Below are positions 46,387 through 60,705 of a DNA stretch of 64,000 nucleotides, in pieces. This DNA is from Callorhinchus milii (taxonomy: Eukaryota): NCBI RefSeq assembly GCF_018977255.1, contig NW_024704742.1:70806001-70870000 (forward strand). Reading direction: 5' to 3'. The stretch's first letter is position 1; every line of letters starts with the position of its first letter. The translations under genes and the position numbers were made by a program. Under the pieces are notes generated by a model that did no database searches, was not told the DNA's origin, and worked only from the letters and a program-made list of their open reading frames with translations.

Positions 46387-49300
46387 AACAACATCACTGT
46401 AAAGTGTAGTGACAGTGTATTTTGTAGGTGAATGTGGCAGTCAATTTTTGCACAGCGATATCCCACAACTAGTGACTGAGTGACTGATTTTTTTAATGTA
46501 TTTTTTTCCAGTAGATTTTTAGTGTCCACCTGCACAGGGTGCAAACTGGACTTCTGACTCAGAGACAAGAGTGTTACCACTGCGCCAAGCTTCCACATTT
46601 TAGTTCAGTTAGAATCAGAGTGGGAAATAATAAACTTAACACCTCAGGGTATACAGAAGTTCTTAACAACACCTTCACTTTTTAAACCAGGGTATTAATT
46701 CACACCTAACCACAGGAATGCAATTACAAGCACTGGAAACACCTTTTGCCCCTCTCATAGCTGCTGTTCTGAGCTACACTACAAGTGATTGACATTGACA
46801 TGTCATGGGTATTTTTAGTCTGACACACATGGAAACCCATCACGTGTTTTAGAGCATCCAAACTACTCACGTCATCCGAAGGGCAGATGGATGTGGGATG
46901 TGGGTGGTTTCCCAGGTGGTTTGTGGGATGTCGCTGTGCTGCTACATTTACCTGCAAATCACACAGTCACTACATTTAGTGAAAAGTGAATCTTAGATAA
47001 CTTGAGCCAGTCAGGTGATTCAAGGTGCCAATCTGCCTCCGAATACAATACAATTTACATTTACACAGCGCTTTTCACGTCAGGAGGACATCTCAGTGTG
47101 CTTTGTAAGAAAAATGTACTTTTATTATTTAATTAACGATTAAATAATGTGCGCACAATTTGGATGTTTAACAGTTGTTTCCTTTATCATAGTTCCACAG
47201 TCAAAAACTATATTAAGAACAAAGTCTTAAAAAAAATTCTAGGACAAGCGATAATGGGAGCATCCAGATTATCAGAGAATTAAGTATTGATCAGTTACCT
47301 GTCCCTAATCCTTGCATTTGATATCACGTCTTTGAGACGTCTCAAAACGCTTCACAGAATAGCGAGAAGTTAAGACAGGGTCAAGTTATCAGGAATTTAC
47401 TGTATTTTACCTGAGGGTTTGTCATCCAGGACCCTGGGAGAGAGAAACTATTTTCGAACAGCGCAGCAGGATCTTTAACAACCCATTTAAAGAGTGCACT
47501 GATGGGACCTTGGTTTAATGTCTCATCTGACAATGCAGCACTTCACCCAGCACTGTATTTAAGTGTCAGCCCAGCCTGGATTAGCCCTGACATGGGGTTT
47601 GTACCCACAACCTGCTGACACTCCTCCCCACCCGCACCCACTCACTATTGAAGGGGGAACTTTCAGTTATTCTGCTATTCACATTGTGCTGTCAATCTCC
47701 CGGCCGCATTCATTTATGTATTTATACATATACCTTTGATTGTTCACTTCACATGGTTCGTAATAATAATACTTGCAATTGATATAGCACCTCACCATAT
47801 CGCTGATATGTCGTTTTGCAAAATATACTGTGAAGTGAATTGACTGTGTATTTTGTGGGTGAAATACAACAGCCAATTGTGCACAGCAGTGTCCCTCAAA
47901 CAGTCATGGTATGAGGGACCAAATTATTATTATTATTTTGAAAGGATTATTATCCCCGAAAAGCGATCCAGAATCAACTACCAACTGGATTCCAATTTAC
48001 TGCTAGGTAAACGGAGGCGTGTGGAGTAAAGAAACTTGCTTAAGGTTTCACCCCGCCTGGGAGTTGAACCCAGATCCTCTTGCTTGCAAGGTGAGCATGC
48101 TACCCACTATGCTACAGTCCTCCACCTTGTTTGTGGAGCATCGGCTGTTACCTCACAATGAGTCGGATGCTGCTGACCAGTTCTCTTAGCTTTAGAAAAG
48201 GAATCTGGTTTCAAGTTAGTAAATGGGGTCAATGGGTTTCCATTAGCTGGGGAAGTCGAGCAAGATTCTTCAATGTAAATACAAGTAAACAGACCGGCTT
48301 GGCAGCCGAGGGGTGTGCTGTAGGGAGTGCTGTCCCATTGTGCTGAGTAACTTGTTATCAATAAATAAATAAACAGATAAAACCCAGCGCCCGTTCACAT
48401 TTCCTTCCCCGGCTTGTCCTGCTCTGAGCTCCTTTTTCCGACTCGTGAACCCTGTTTCATCCTCGGAGGTCTCCCGTTGACCTCTTCCCCGGCCTCAAGC
48501 CACCAGAACTCCCTGTTGATACAAGGCAGCTGTCAGTGTGTATGTGTGTGTGTGTATCTGTGTGTATCTCGCTCTCGCTTCCATCAAAACAAGTTTGAGG
48601 CAAAAGGGCAGAACAGCAGCTTAGAATAAAAATAATTCTTTGCATTTGGTATAGTGCCTTATCACATCGAGACATCTGAAAACCCTTCACAGGATTTAAT
48701 AATAGCAATAATATCTTTGCATTACATATAGCGCCTCATCACATCATTGGGATGTCTAAAAGCGCTTCACAGGATATACTATAGAGCGAATTGACTGTAT
48801 ACTTTGTACGCAAAAAATATACTCTAAATTGTAGTGATCATATATTTTGTAGGCAAATGCAGCAGCCAATTTGCACACAATAACAGCTTGCATTTATGTA
48901 GTGTTCATCATGCTGGGTAGCTTCCAAGAGAGCTTAATGTCACAGCAATGTCCAACAAACAGCCATGAAGTGAGTGACCATTTTTTTTTATTTGGGGGAC
49001 TGTTAGCCAGGAAACCAAGACAGAGAAACTCCCTTCTCTTTTCCAATAGCGCCGCGGGATCTTTAACGTCTGCCTGAACGGGCACAGATGGGACCTCGGT
49101 TTAACATCTCATCTGAAAGACGGCACCTCTGACAATGCAGCACGCCCCCCAGCACCGCACTGGAGTATCATCCTGGACTGTGTGTCTGAACTAATCGTGT
49201 GATCTTGGGAACGATGGATTTGAAAGTAGATAAATGTGAGGTAAATGCGACTATCCAATAAAGTGTTCAATTTCATGTTCAAAGTCCCGAGAGGTTTTGG

Positions 49301-50586
49301 AGGATAAATGGTGAAAGATTATACCTTCTGGTTGGTGAATTAGAGGGCATGGAGTCCTATAGAGTATTTTTTGGAGCACTCACCTCACAAGCGAGAGGAC
49401 CCGAGTTTGATTCCCAGGCGGAGCGAAACCTTAGGCAAGTTTCCTTACTCCTCACGCCTCTGTTTACCCAGTAGTAAGTAGAAACTCAGTTGTTAGTCAA
49501 TTGGCAGATTGCCTTTCCAGGGGTAATAAAAAATAAATAAAATAATGATAATGTGGTCACTCAATCTATGACTGTTTGTGGGACGCTGCTGTGCGCAATT
49601 GGCTGCCGCATTTCGTTAACAAAATACAGTCAATTCACTTTACAGTATATTTCTTGTGCTTTGAGATGTCTCAATGATCTGATAAGCTACTACATGAAAT
49701 GAAAGACCAGGACGCTAGGAGAGAGAAACTCCCTCTCCTTTCGAGTAGCATCTTTAACATCACGGAATCGTTAACATCCGCCTGAACAGGACATAGCCAA
49801 GGAGCCTGGCGTGAAAGGCGATCGATCGAAATCCGAGGATTACTTATTAATATGTATTTAAAAGCCTAAGTGGGCGGTAGTAGTGGGGGGGGCGGTGGGG
49901 GTCGGGAGGAACTCAGGGCCCAATCGACCAGTGTTGACTTGCGTTAATAGGGAGCGTTTGATAAGTGAGACGGTTAATGAGAAGAGAGGAGAGAACAGAG
50001 TGCCTCTGGCAAATGTACTGGTGCCCACACACACACATAAACAGCCTCCTCCCCTCTGCTGTCAAATTGCCTCACAGTAATGCTATCGGTGCCTGATGGA
50101 TGTGACCATTGATTGGGACCACTTAATGCGGGGTTCCCATCAGAATAGCCTTCAATCTACAGCCTGGGGATATCAGCCAGAGAGAACCAACTCCCAGATC
50201 AATTTCAAAGCAACTTTGGGGAGTTTGGAGAGTGCTTGCCTCCTGGGGTCACAATAGCCAGAGGGGCCTTTGCAAACCAACATCCAACTCCACTCCTCCT
50301 CACCTCCCGCTCTGCTCCCCTCTCCCATCCCCCCCCCCACCCCCCCCCCCCCCCGCCACCCCACTCACACAAAACTGAGACAGCTGTTTTGGAAAGAATC
50401 ATAATAATCCTTGAATTTGATATGGAGTCCTGTAAGCTTGTATTGGAGGATCCACGTTCCAATTCGGGCAGAGTGAAACCTTAGGCAAGTTTCCTTACTC
50501 CACAAACCTCTGTTTACTTTGTAGTGAGTGGGAACCCAGTTGTTGGTCAATTGGCTTTCTGCGGTAATAATACCTTATAATAATTT

Positions 50587-50916
50587 GTGGAGTCCTGTAG
50601 CTCAGTGGTTAGAGCACTCGCTTTGCAAGTGAGAGACCTGAGTTCAATTCCAGGCAGAGGGCGAAACCTTGGGCAAGTTTCCTTACTCCACACAGAGCCT
50701 AATAATAATCCCTCCAAAACCAAAAACAATAATAAATTGGTCATTTTCAATCTACGACTGTTTGTGGGACATTGCTGTGCGCAATTGGCTGCCGCGTTCG
50801 CCCACAAATATACAGTCAATTCACTTTAGATTGTGTTCTGTGAAGCGCTTTGGGACGTCCTCCCGACGTGAAAAGCGCTATATCAAATGCAAGGATTATT
50901 ATTATTATTATTAATA
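50587..50916 (+). mobile_element. SINE family A, short (internally deleted, younger) subfamily, nested in a long copy
   Basis: Lacks the ~60-nt CTGTTTACC...GGGGT segment; flanked by ATAATAATTT at 50577-50586 and 50917-50926; similar copies at ~26138-26378(-), 30118-30428(+), 36955-37272(+), 53588-53897(-). Confidence 0.85.
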
Positions 50917-53149
50917 ATAATAATTTTGATAATTCAATCCACGACTGTTTGTGAGACACTGCTGTGTGCAATTGCCTACTGTGTTTTGCCCAGAAAATAC
51001 ACAGTCAATTAACTTTATAATGTATTCTGTGAAGTGTTTTGAGACGTCTCAATGACATGTTAAGGGGCTGTATCAAATACAAGGATGATTAGTATTATTA
51101 CATACCACCATATCATTTCGTTGAGATGTCTCAAGGCAATTCATAGAATATATTGTAAAGTGGTTTGATGTGTATTTTGTGGGTGAAACGTGGAGCCAAT
51201 TGCGCACACAGTGTCCCACAAACAGTCGTGGTTTGAATGACTAAATGATTATTATTTTTATTTATTTATTTATTTATTTTGAAGGGATTATTACCCCCGG
51301 AAAGTGATCCGCCAATCGACTAACAACTGAGTTCCTACTCACTGCTAGGTAAACAGAGGCATCTGGTGTAAGGAAACTTGCGTAAGATTTTGCCCCACTC
51401 GGGAATCAAACACGGATCCTCTCACTTGCGAGGCGAGCGCTCTTATCACAACGCTTCAGGACTTCACTTGAGGTTGAATCAAAAAGGGGCGGAGGGTGGA
51501 GCAGGGGAAGAGCTTGGTGCCACAGTTAATATCACCTGTATTGACAAGTTCTGCTGATTGTCTGCTTGGCCTGCCTTCATCCAGGACTGTAAATCAATTG
51601 GATTAATGTGTGTGTCTCTGATTTAAAACGCAGAGCAAGTAACCCCAGGCTGTTTGCATTGGCTCCTGGTCATACTCTGCCACTAAGCAATGCTCCGAGA
51701 TGCTATCCTGTGTGTAGGACCCGGGTTTGATTCCTGGGCAGGGCGAAACCTTAGGCAAATTTTGTTACTCCACACCCCTCTGCTTACCTATCAGTAAGTA
51801 GGAACTCAGTTGTTAGTCGATTGGCGGATCACTTTCTGGTGGTAATAATCCCTTCAAAAAAAAATTTGGTCACTCAATCCATGCTTGAGGTCAGGATACT
51901 GGAACTCATTTAAACATACTGGAACTGTAGGACACTGCTATGTGCAATCGGCTGCTGCGATTTGCCCTCAAAATATACAATCAATTCACTTTACTATATA
52001 GTCTGTGAAGTGTTTTGAGACGTCTCAATGACGTGTTAAGGAGCTATTTCAAATACAAGGATTATTATTATATAGCGCCTTATCCCTTAGCACTATTCCA
52101 TCTTCGTTTACCTCCTTCAAAGTCTGTCTAAGGACCTTCCTCTTTGACTCCACTTTCAATCATCTTCCTCCCCCCCACTCTCATACCCCTTGACCCCATT
52201 GCTTCGAAATCCAACACGGGTGTAAACCCTCGATTGTCCAGCGCGTTGGGACATCCTCACAATGTGAAACGTGCTGTATAAATGCAATTAATTATTGTTC
52301 TTGTATTGGAAAATGAGAAGGCAGTTTCCCTCTCCCAGTGTCCTGGTCGTTCACTTCATGGCTGTTTGTGGGACATTGAGTGAATTTTTTTTGGAGGGAT
52401 TATTACCCCTGGAATGTGATCCACCAATCTACTATCAAATGCTTTGAGACATCTCAACGACGTGAGAAGGCTCTATCAATATCACCCACCCAAATGACCA
52501 CTCATCACAACATTGAGCTGTTTTTTTAAGTGAGTCCCAATATCCTGGCCTCAACCCCTCTTCCTAGTAACCTTGTTCCAGTTGTTAATTACCCTCTGGT
52601 TTCTATGCTTGTAGGGCCCGTGTTGACATAGGGAGTACATTCCTTGACTTACTGCCTTATGGTTGACTCTTGTTCTGTTTATGTGAATGGGCAGAGCTTT
52701 AGCTTTGGAGGTTGAGCGGATGTTCTGGAGGGATGAGACCAGTCTTGTTATCCTGTAAAACTAGGCACATTTACAGCACAGAAGGATCCCATTCGGTCCA
52801 TCAGGTCCATGCTCCCTCTTTGAAAAAGTGATCCTTTCAGTCCCATTTACCTCAAAAGCATTTTATTATGATTATGAGCACAAGTGGTTGTTGAATAGTT
52901 GTAACAAGGCCTAAAGGTGAAACAGTCACAGCGCTGAAGGAGGCCATGCAGCCAATCGTGCCTGAGCCACCTGGTTAGAGCTCTCTGCTCAGACAACAAC
53001 AACTTGCATTTATACAGTGCCCCTCACACTGGGTAGCATCACAGAGTGCTTGACACTGGCAGTGCCTGACACCAAGCCAGGGGAAGGTGACCGTAGCTGT
53101 TCAGACCATAACAGCTCACCTTCCCCCTCTTCTGTGATCATTACCACAT

Positions 53150-53470
53150 CATCTGGGTCCCACACACACCTTTTCTGTCTCTGTTCTGCCTGTTTCCTTG
53201 CAATCCCCCCTTTGTTTTGCATAATTAACACCTCTTTAACCCATCATCCCCTGTCCTCTACCCCATTTTTTCCTTTGTCTTCCTTGCCACTGCCTCTCCC
53301 CTCTCTGTTAGCCCTTAAAAGCCTCTCCCTCCCAACATGCCCCAGTTCTCACCAAGGGTCGTGGACCTGAAACATTGACTCACTTTCCTTTCTCCATAGA
53401 TGCTGCCTGACCTGCTGAATGTTCACAGAAACGTCTGTTTTTGTTCCAGCACCTGCAGCGTTTTGCATGA
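53150..53470 (+). mobile_element. Penelope-like element terminal fragment (second copy)
   Basis: Aligns by eye to the reverse complement of 2955-3205; hammerhead core decayed to CTCACCA...GAAAC. Confidence 0.65.
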
Positions 53471-56400
53471 CTATAAGTATAGTCGAAGACAAAGTTCTTC
53501 AGGTGCGATCTGAAGTAAGGAACGTGGAGTAAGGAAACTTGGCCAATGTTTCGCCCTGCCGGGAATCAAACCCAGGTCCTCTCTCTTAATAATAATAATC
53601 CTTGCATTTGCTATAGAGCTTTTTACGTCTTCTAGATGTCCCAAAGCGCTTCACAGAATATACTGTAAAGTGAATGACTGTATATTTGTGGGCGAACGCG
53701 GCAGCCAATTGCACACAGCAATGTCCCACAAACAGTCATGGATTGAAAATGACCAATTTATTATTGTTTTGTTTTGGAGGGATTATTATTAGGCATGTGG
53801 AGTAAGGAAACTTGCCCAAGGTTTCGCCCTGCCTGGAATTGAACTCAGGTCTCTCGCTTGCAAAGCGAGTGGTCTAACCACTGAGCTACAGGACTCCATG
53901 ACAACTCTTGCGAGGTGAGTGCTCTAACCACTAAGTTACAGGACTCCATGATGGGGAAGGAGGGGGCAAGGCAGAGGGATAGAGGAGGAGTGTTCCAGAG
54001 TTTCGGGGCATAGAGGCTGAAGGCACGGCCGCCGATGGTGGAACCCATCAGTAGACCTCCCTCTCCAGCCCATTCACATTTATCTAATTCCCTCTTAAAT
54101 GCTGAAACCAATTCTGTCTCATTCACTGCTCCAAACAGTGTGTTCCCATCCTAACACCAGCCCCCACCACCCACCAGCCCCGTATGCTAAACAAAAAAAA
54201 TTCTCCCGACCTCCTCCCTGAACTCATTTACTATTTTAATGATAATAATGCTTGCAATTGATATAGCACCTCATTACATCATTGAGATGCCTCAAAGCAC
54301 TTCACAGAATATATTGTAAAGTGAATTGACTGTATATTTTGTGGGTGAAACACAGCAGCCAATTGCGCACAGCAGAGTCACGTAAACTATTGTGGATTGA
54401 GTGACCAAATTATTATTATTTTTGGAGGGATTATTACCCTCAAAAAGCAATCCCCCGTTCAACTAACAACCAGATTGCTACTTACTGCTAGTAAACAGGT
54501 GCGTGGAGTAAGAAAACTTGCCTAAGGTATCCACCCCACTCAGGAATTGAACCTGGGTCCTCTCGCTTGCGAGGCGAAGGTGCCAACCACTATGTTTCGG
54601 GGCTCAAATGGAGACGTCTAAATGACCTGATAAAACACTATACGAAATTCCAGGACATCGTCCCAACCTGAAAGACGCTTTACAAATGTAATTTTTTTTG
54701 TTGTTGTATTACTATGAGTAATGCGAGTGACCGAAAGAATGATCAAAGAAGAAAAGTCCTGACGTATTGGGGGGCGACAGCATTAAATTAGAATAAAAGC
54801 ATGACATTTTACCCACCCAATGCAGAGAGTTCCAATGGAAGAGCATGCACCAGCACAGATACAATCGGAAGAGAGCAGGGAATGGGATTCGAGTAGAGAA
54901 CGCTGAGGGTGGTGTTGGGGGGAAGCGAGGACCCGCACAGACACGAAAGCCCGAATGGCCTCCTCGTTTTCCTAAACATTGCTTGGTTCTGTATTGCCTT
55001 TCCATCATTGTTAGGCGTTCCTGTGACAAGCGGAGACAGCTGTGATGACTGACAGATGTGGGTTGTAAACAGGTAATAGTAAACAGTTTAAGTGGTGATT
55101 GAACCTGTAAACTCACAGTGTTAATCATGGTTAAACAATCCATGCCTCAGAAAATATTGGATTTTATTGACTATTCAAAGGTCAGGGGTTAAACCCCATT
55201 GTATAAACCTTCCGAAGAGAAGTTAAATAATAATAATCCTTGCATTTGATATCACACCTTATCACGTTGTTGCGATGTCACAGAATATAGAGTAAAGGGG
55301 ATTGACTGTGTATTTTATGGAAGAAACGTGGCATCCAATTCTGCACAGTCGTGTCCCACAAGCAGTCATGGATAGAGTGATTAATATACCTCCCAGAAAG
55401 AGATCTGCCAATCGATTAACAACCGGGTTCCTAGGTTTGCTACGTAAATGAAGGCGGAGTAAGGAAACTTACCTAAGTTTTCGCCCTGCCCGGGTATTGA
55501 ACCCAGGTCCTCTCACTTGCGAGGCGAGTGCTCTAACCTCTGCGGTCCAGAACTCATAATATATGCAATCGTATATGCAAGTAATAATAATCCTTGCATT
55601 TGGTACAGCACTTTATCACATTGCCAAGATGTCTCAAAGCACTTCACAGGATTTACTGTAAAGCATAGTGACTGTGTATTTTAAAACCGAGTCCGGATCC
55701 CATGGCTCTATTGGAAAAGAGAAGGGAGTTTATCTCTTCTGGCCAACAATCCAGCAAATAAAACCAGTCACTCACTTCATGGCTGCTTGTGGGGATGTTG
55801 CTGTGTGCAAATTGGCTGCTCAGTTCACCCACATAACACACAGTAAAATCCTGTGAAGCGGTTTGAGACCTCTTGATGATAATAATAATAATAATCCTTG
55901 CATTTGATATAAGGCTTTTCACGTCTTCTCGACGTCTCAAAGCACTTCACAGAATATACTGTAAACTGGATTGACTCTATATTTGTGGGCAAAATGATGT
56001 GATAAGGCATTGTACCGATTATTATAGGAAGTATTATTATTATACATATTGTCCATTCCACCACAGAGGGTAGATTTGATTCTTACATTACATTCCCGAA
56101 CACGTCACCTTGTCCAACTTAGATCCGATGACCCTCTGCTTGCCTCCCCTTAGACCACCCCACTTGCCCCCCATTCACCCCCCTCCACCCCATTACCCCG
56201 TTCCCCCCAAACCAGGAGGACAGAAGAAAAATTGAAACGTACGTAATTGGAGACTTGGAAGAACCGGTCCAGATTTTGAGGCCGGGATCAGGTTTCACCT
56301 TCTCAGGCAGGATTTGAGGAGCATTCTCGTGCACTGTAGGATCTCAGAGTGAGCAAGCGAGCGAGGCACTTGGCTCAGTGCTGGAATCCAGGAGGCCTGC

Positions 56401-58904
56401 AGCTGGAGGGAATGTCAGGTATCAAAACAGCCCCATCACTGGCTGTCAGTACTGGGCACTGATCAAAGACTTCTGCCCTCTGCGCTGACGTGAGTCAGGG
56501 CTGTTGATGCAGGTCTGAGAGGGGAAAGGAGAGAGGAAAAGAGCATTCAAAGATACACTCACTGAGTGATCTCACTTGACATTTCACAGGCCATCAGTAA
56601 GCTTAAAAGAATGAGCCCCTCCCTTCCCCCCTCACTCCCCTCCGCTCCCCCCGCCCCACCCCCACCATCCCTCTGTTCCACAGAGATAATGATAATAATC
56701 CTTGCATTTGATATAGCGCCTTATCATGTTTTCAAAATGTCTCAAAGCGCTTTACAGAATATACTATAATGAGAATTGACTGCAAATTTTGTGGGCAAAA
56801 GGCGGCAGCCAATTGTGCACAGCAGCGTCCCACACACAGTCGTGAATTGAGTGACCATTTCTTTTAAAGAATTATTACTGCTGGAAAGCGATCTGCCAAT
56901 CGACTAACAACCTACTTACTGTTAGGTAAACAGAGGTGTGTGGAGTAAGGAAACTTGCCTTTTCCATCAGGTGGACATCTCCAATGTACTACAAAGCATT
57001 TCATTATAAAGTGTAGTAACTGTATTTTGTGGGCGGACAATTTGCGCACAGCAATGTCCCTATAAGGATTACATTTGATAATATGTTTGTCAGAAGCAAA
57101 CAGCTATGAAGCAAGTGATCAATTTTATCTGGGGGATCGTTGGCCAAGACACAGCAAGAGAGAAACTCCCTTCTCTTTTTGACAAGCGCTGCGAGATCTT
57201 TAACGTCCACCTGAATAGGACACGGATGGGGGAGCTCAGTTTAACATCTCATCTGAGGGAAAATGCAGTGTTCTCCCCCACCCCCCAGCCCTGTACTGGA
57301 ACATCAGCCTAGACTTTGAGCTCATATTGCCTGATATGGGGCTTGAAACCCCGGCATCTTCACCTGAGAGGAGGGAGCATGAATGACTGAGCCAGGATGA
57401 CACTCAGCCTGAAGGGCACTGGATGGCTCCAGTGCTAAAAGGATCACAGTGTAGAGCCAGCACAGAGCAGATGTCTGTATACTCACCTTTCAACTGAATG
57501 CTCACCTTTCAACTCCTCCCGCGTGTCAAACAAACCTAAGGTCTCAGAGCTCCCTGCTCCTCATTACAGATGAGTCAAGTTTACACCAGCTTCTGGGAGC
57601 TGATGCTATCACCAGCCTGTGTAGCTTGTCATGCCCCCCCACCTCCCTGGCTCTGACCTGCCTGTGATGTTCAACCATGGACCATGGTTACTCAAGCGTG
57701 CGGATACCAACATGCTTATTTTCTGCTCCACTCAACCACCTGCAGCCTCCGCTCGACTGGCTCTGGCCTGCACGTCCCTCATTCTCTCCGCTCCACCATC
57801 AGCCACCATGCTTTCAGCCACTAAAACTCTGGAACTTCCCCCCCCCAATTCCTCTGCCTTGCCTCCTCCTTCCCCATTTTTAAATCATGCCTTAAGACTT
57901 TCCTCTTTGAACATGGTCACCCCTCCCCAGCTTGGCATCAGGCTCTGCCACTGCTAAACACTGTGAGACACTACCCTGCTATATAAATGCAAGTTGTTAT
58001 TATTGTTCCATTGTATGATATCGTACTCTTTCATTTCACGAGGTCCGTGGGTGGGTGCCATGAGGAGTTGGGAAAAGGGAAAGATGGAGCCCGGGGGGGT
58101 CTGCAGGTTGGGGGTGCTCGGAGGACTATCAGTGGTCATTCTCAGGGCTCAGGGCTTTCCCCTCCAAGCTCCCCTTAGAGAAATAAGCTGTAGATAGATT
58201 TGGGAGCTGAACCCCTCTATCCCCTAGCCAGCCGCCACCTCTGGCTGGGACATTCTAACAGACTGAATAGCCCTCGTGCAGGTTGCTTTGACAAGTGCTG
58301 GACACTTGCCTGAGATGTCTCTAGGGCTGATATCCATAAACAGTGACATTTCTATTGATCTGAACCCGGCCAGTAATCTGATGCTTGGAGTATCATGGAA
58401 TTTAGAAACTTTGAATCTTGCAGACAAAAGGAAGGGGGGGGAGGAGTTGGAAAGGTAGGGGCAGAGGTTGGATCTTCTTCAAAACAAACAGCGACTCAGC
58501 GTGAAAGATTTACCATGTCTGTCGTCTCCTCTCCGCACTTCCACAAGCCCAGAGCCATCCCCATCCAGCCAGTTTCACACACTGTTTATCTGCTTACCAC
58601 CATGCCAAGCCTATCAGTCTGATCTTTCCCCACATTGTGGAGACCAGTAGATAGTGGCTAGAGCACTCGTCTCACAAGTGAGAGGACCTGGTTTTAATGC
58701 CCTGGTGGGGCGAACGTTTCCTTACTCCAGAGGCCTTTGTTTACCAAGCATTAAGTAGGAACCTGGTTGTTAAGCGATTGATGAATCCCTCCAAAAAATA
58801 CAAAACAATTTGGTTACTTAATCCACTGACTATTTGTGGGTCTTTGCTGTGCAGAATTGGCTGCTGCATTTTGCCTACAAAATGCACAGTTAATTCACTC
58901 AGAG

Positions 58905-59497
58905 TACATGCCCGCCTCCGTCCGTACCTCAAAACCAACGCAGCCGAAATCCCCGTCCACACCTTTGTCACTCCCCAGCTGGTCTATTCCAATGTCTTCC
59001 TCGCTGCTCTCCCCAGCTGCACCATATACAAAATCCAATTAATTAAAAATTCTGCCAACCGGATACTCACCCGCACAAAACTCTGTATCCCCATCACACC
59101 AGTCGTTGCCAGGCTCCACCGGCTCCCAATCACCAAACAGATCCACTTCAAGATCCTTTCACTCATTTTCAAATCACTTAATTCCCTCACACCTCCGTAC
59201 CTATCCGATCTGATTAGCTCCCATTCCACCACCAGCTGCCTGCACTCGGTTGGCTCCAGCCTCCTGTTCGTTCCTCACCCCCTCCATTCCACCATCTGTG
59301 GCTGTGCCTTCATCCACTAAACCCCAAAACTCTGGAACTCACTCCCTCGATCCCTCCGTCTTTCCCCCTCCCTCCTCACCTTGAAATCTCACCTCTCCAC
59401 CCTCCCTTTCCCCTTGGCTCGTTGTCAGATGCCACCACTGTGAAGTGGCCGGGAAGCTACCCACGTGAAGGGCACTATATAAATGCAAGTTGTTGTG
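58905..59497 (+). mobile_element. L2 LINE 3' fragment
   Basis: ARLRPYLKTNAAEIPVHTFVT...ITPVVARLHRLPITKQIHFKIL; L2 tail. Confidence 0.85.
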
Positions 59498-60204
59498 GTT
59501 ATATCCTGTGGAGTGTTTTGAAACGTCTCAACAACATGATAAGGTGCTATATCAAATGCAAGGATTATTAATATATATACAGTACATGATATATATTTCT
59601 TCCAAGCTGTTGATTACTCAGGAAAAATCCTTCAGTGTTTGATAGCATCCTGATGCATTAATCGTTATTACATTGTGGTCTCTGGACTAATATCTAAGTA
59701 GCTCGATGCTGTAATGGGGGGAAAGGGGCTATGGGATGGGGAAACTGATGGTAGGGTGGGTGTTCTGGAGGATGAGATCGGATGGGCCGGAGGGTCTTCT
59801 TCATCCAAACCCAATCATGTGATCGTGTGAGCCACCTGCTCTTTTCATTAGAGTTGGGGGCAGTGAGTGGGGTGGGGGGCAGTTTGGGGCAGGGTGGGTG
59901 GTGTGGACGGAATAGGGTGCGGGGGTGATGCACTGTCGATGGTGCCAACCTTTGGATGAGATGTTAAGAAAAGGGAATTTCTCTCTCCCAATGTACTGGC
60001 TGACAATCCTCCTTTTCTTTGCCACTAACACCACAGCACCTTTATCATGAACAATCACAGATGGGAATCTTGGTTTAAGATCTCATATGCCAATGCTTCC
60101 GACAATGTAGTAGAGGCTCTCTCTCTCTCTCCCTCCCCCACCATCTTCCCCAGCACTGCATTGGAGCGTCAAAACCCTTGATGTGGGGGATTGCACCCAT
60201 AACA

Positions 60205-60705
60205 ACACACATCACATCGGGAGGACGTCCCAAAGCACTGAACAGTAAAGGATGTGTCCTCAAGCTGAGGGTTGGAATCAGGAAGGGTGGAGGGCAGGGA
60301 GGGTCGGGATAGGTGTGTGATAGCAAGGTAAAGGAAGATCTTGGGGCGGGCTTTGAAGGAGGCAAGGGAGAGCGAGGCGAAGGGACTGTGGGCTGAGAGT
60401 TCCAGAGGGTGGGGGCAGAGAGGCTAAGGCCCATCTGCTGATGATGGGGTGGGTTGGGCTGGGGAGGTGGAGTCAGCTGGAGCCTGCAGATCAGAGAAAG
60501 CGAACTGGTCGATATGGCTTTGAAGGCGAGGACGAGCATTTTGAACTCTCGGGGACCGGGAGCCAGTGGAGCCGGGCAAGGGTTGGGGTGATAGAGTCAA
60601 GGAACTTGGTGCAGGAGGGGTCACGAGTTCTGAACAATCTGCAGCTTGTGGAGGGAAGAGTTGGGAAGACCAACAAGCAGGGAGTTGGCATAGTTGAGCC
60701 TGTAT
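60205..60705 (-). mobile_element. L2 LINE 3' fragment
   Basis: ITPTLARLHWLPV motif on the minus strand. Further short L2 ends at ~2660-2910, 6570-6960, 10885-11190, 19265-19545, 26390-26648, 40798-41045, 57690-58005. Confidence 0.8.

Noticed and set aside
50587..50662. tRNA genes (A/B boxes, cloverleaf-like heads, many copies)
   Set aside because: Each continues into a SINE body and tail and the copies are divergent; these are SINE heads.
58697..59320. Longest ORF in the track (207 aa)
   Set aside because: Chance fusion of a SINE with an L2 ORF2 C-terminal fragment; not a host gene.
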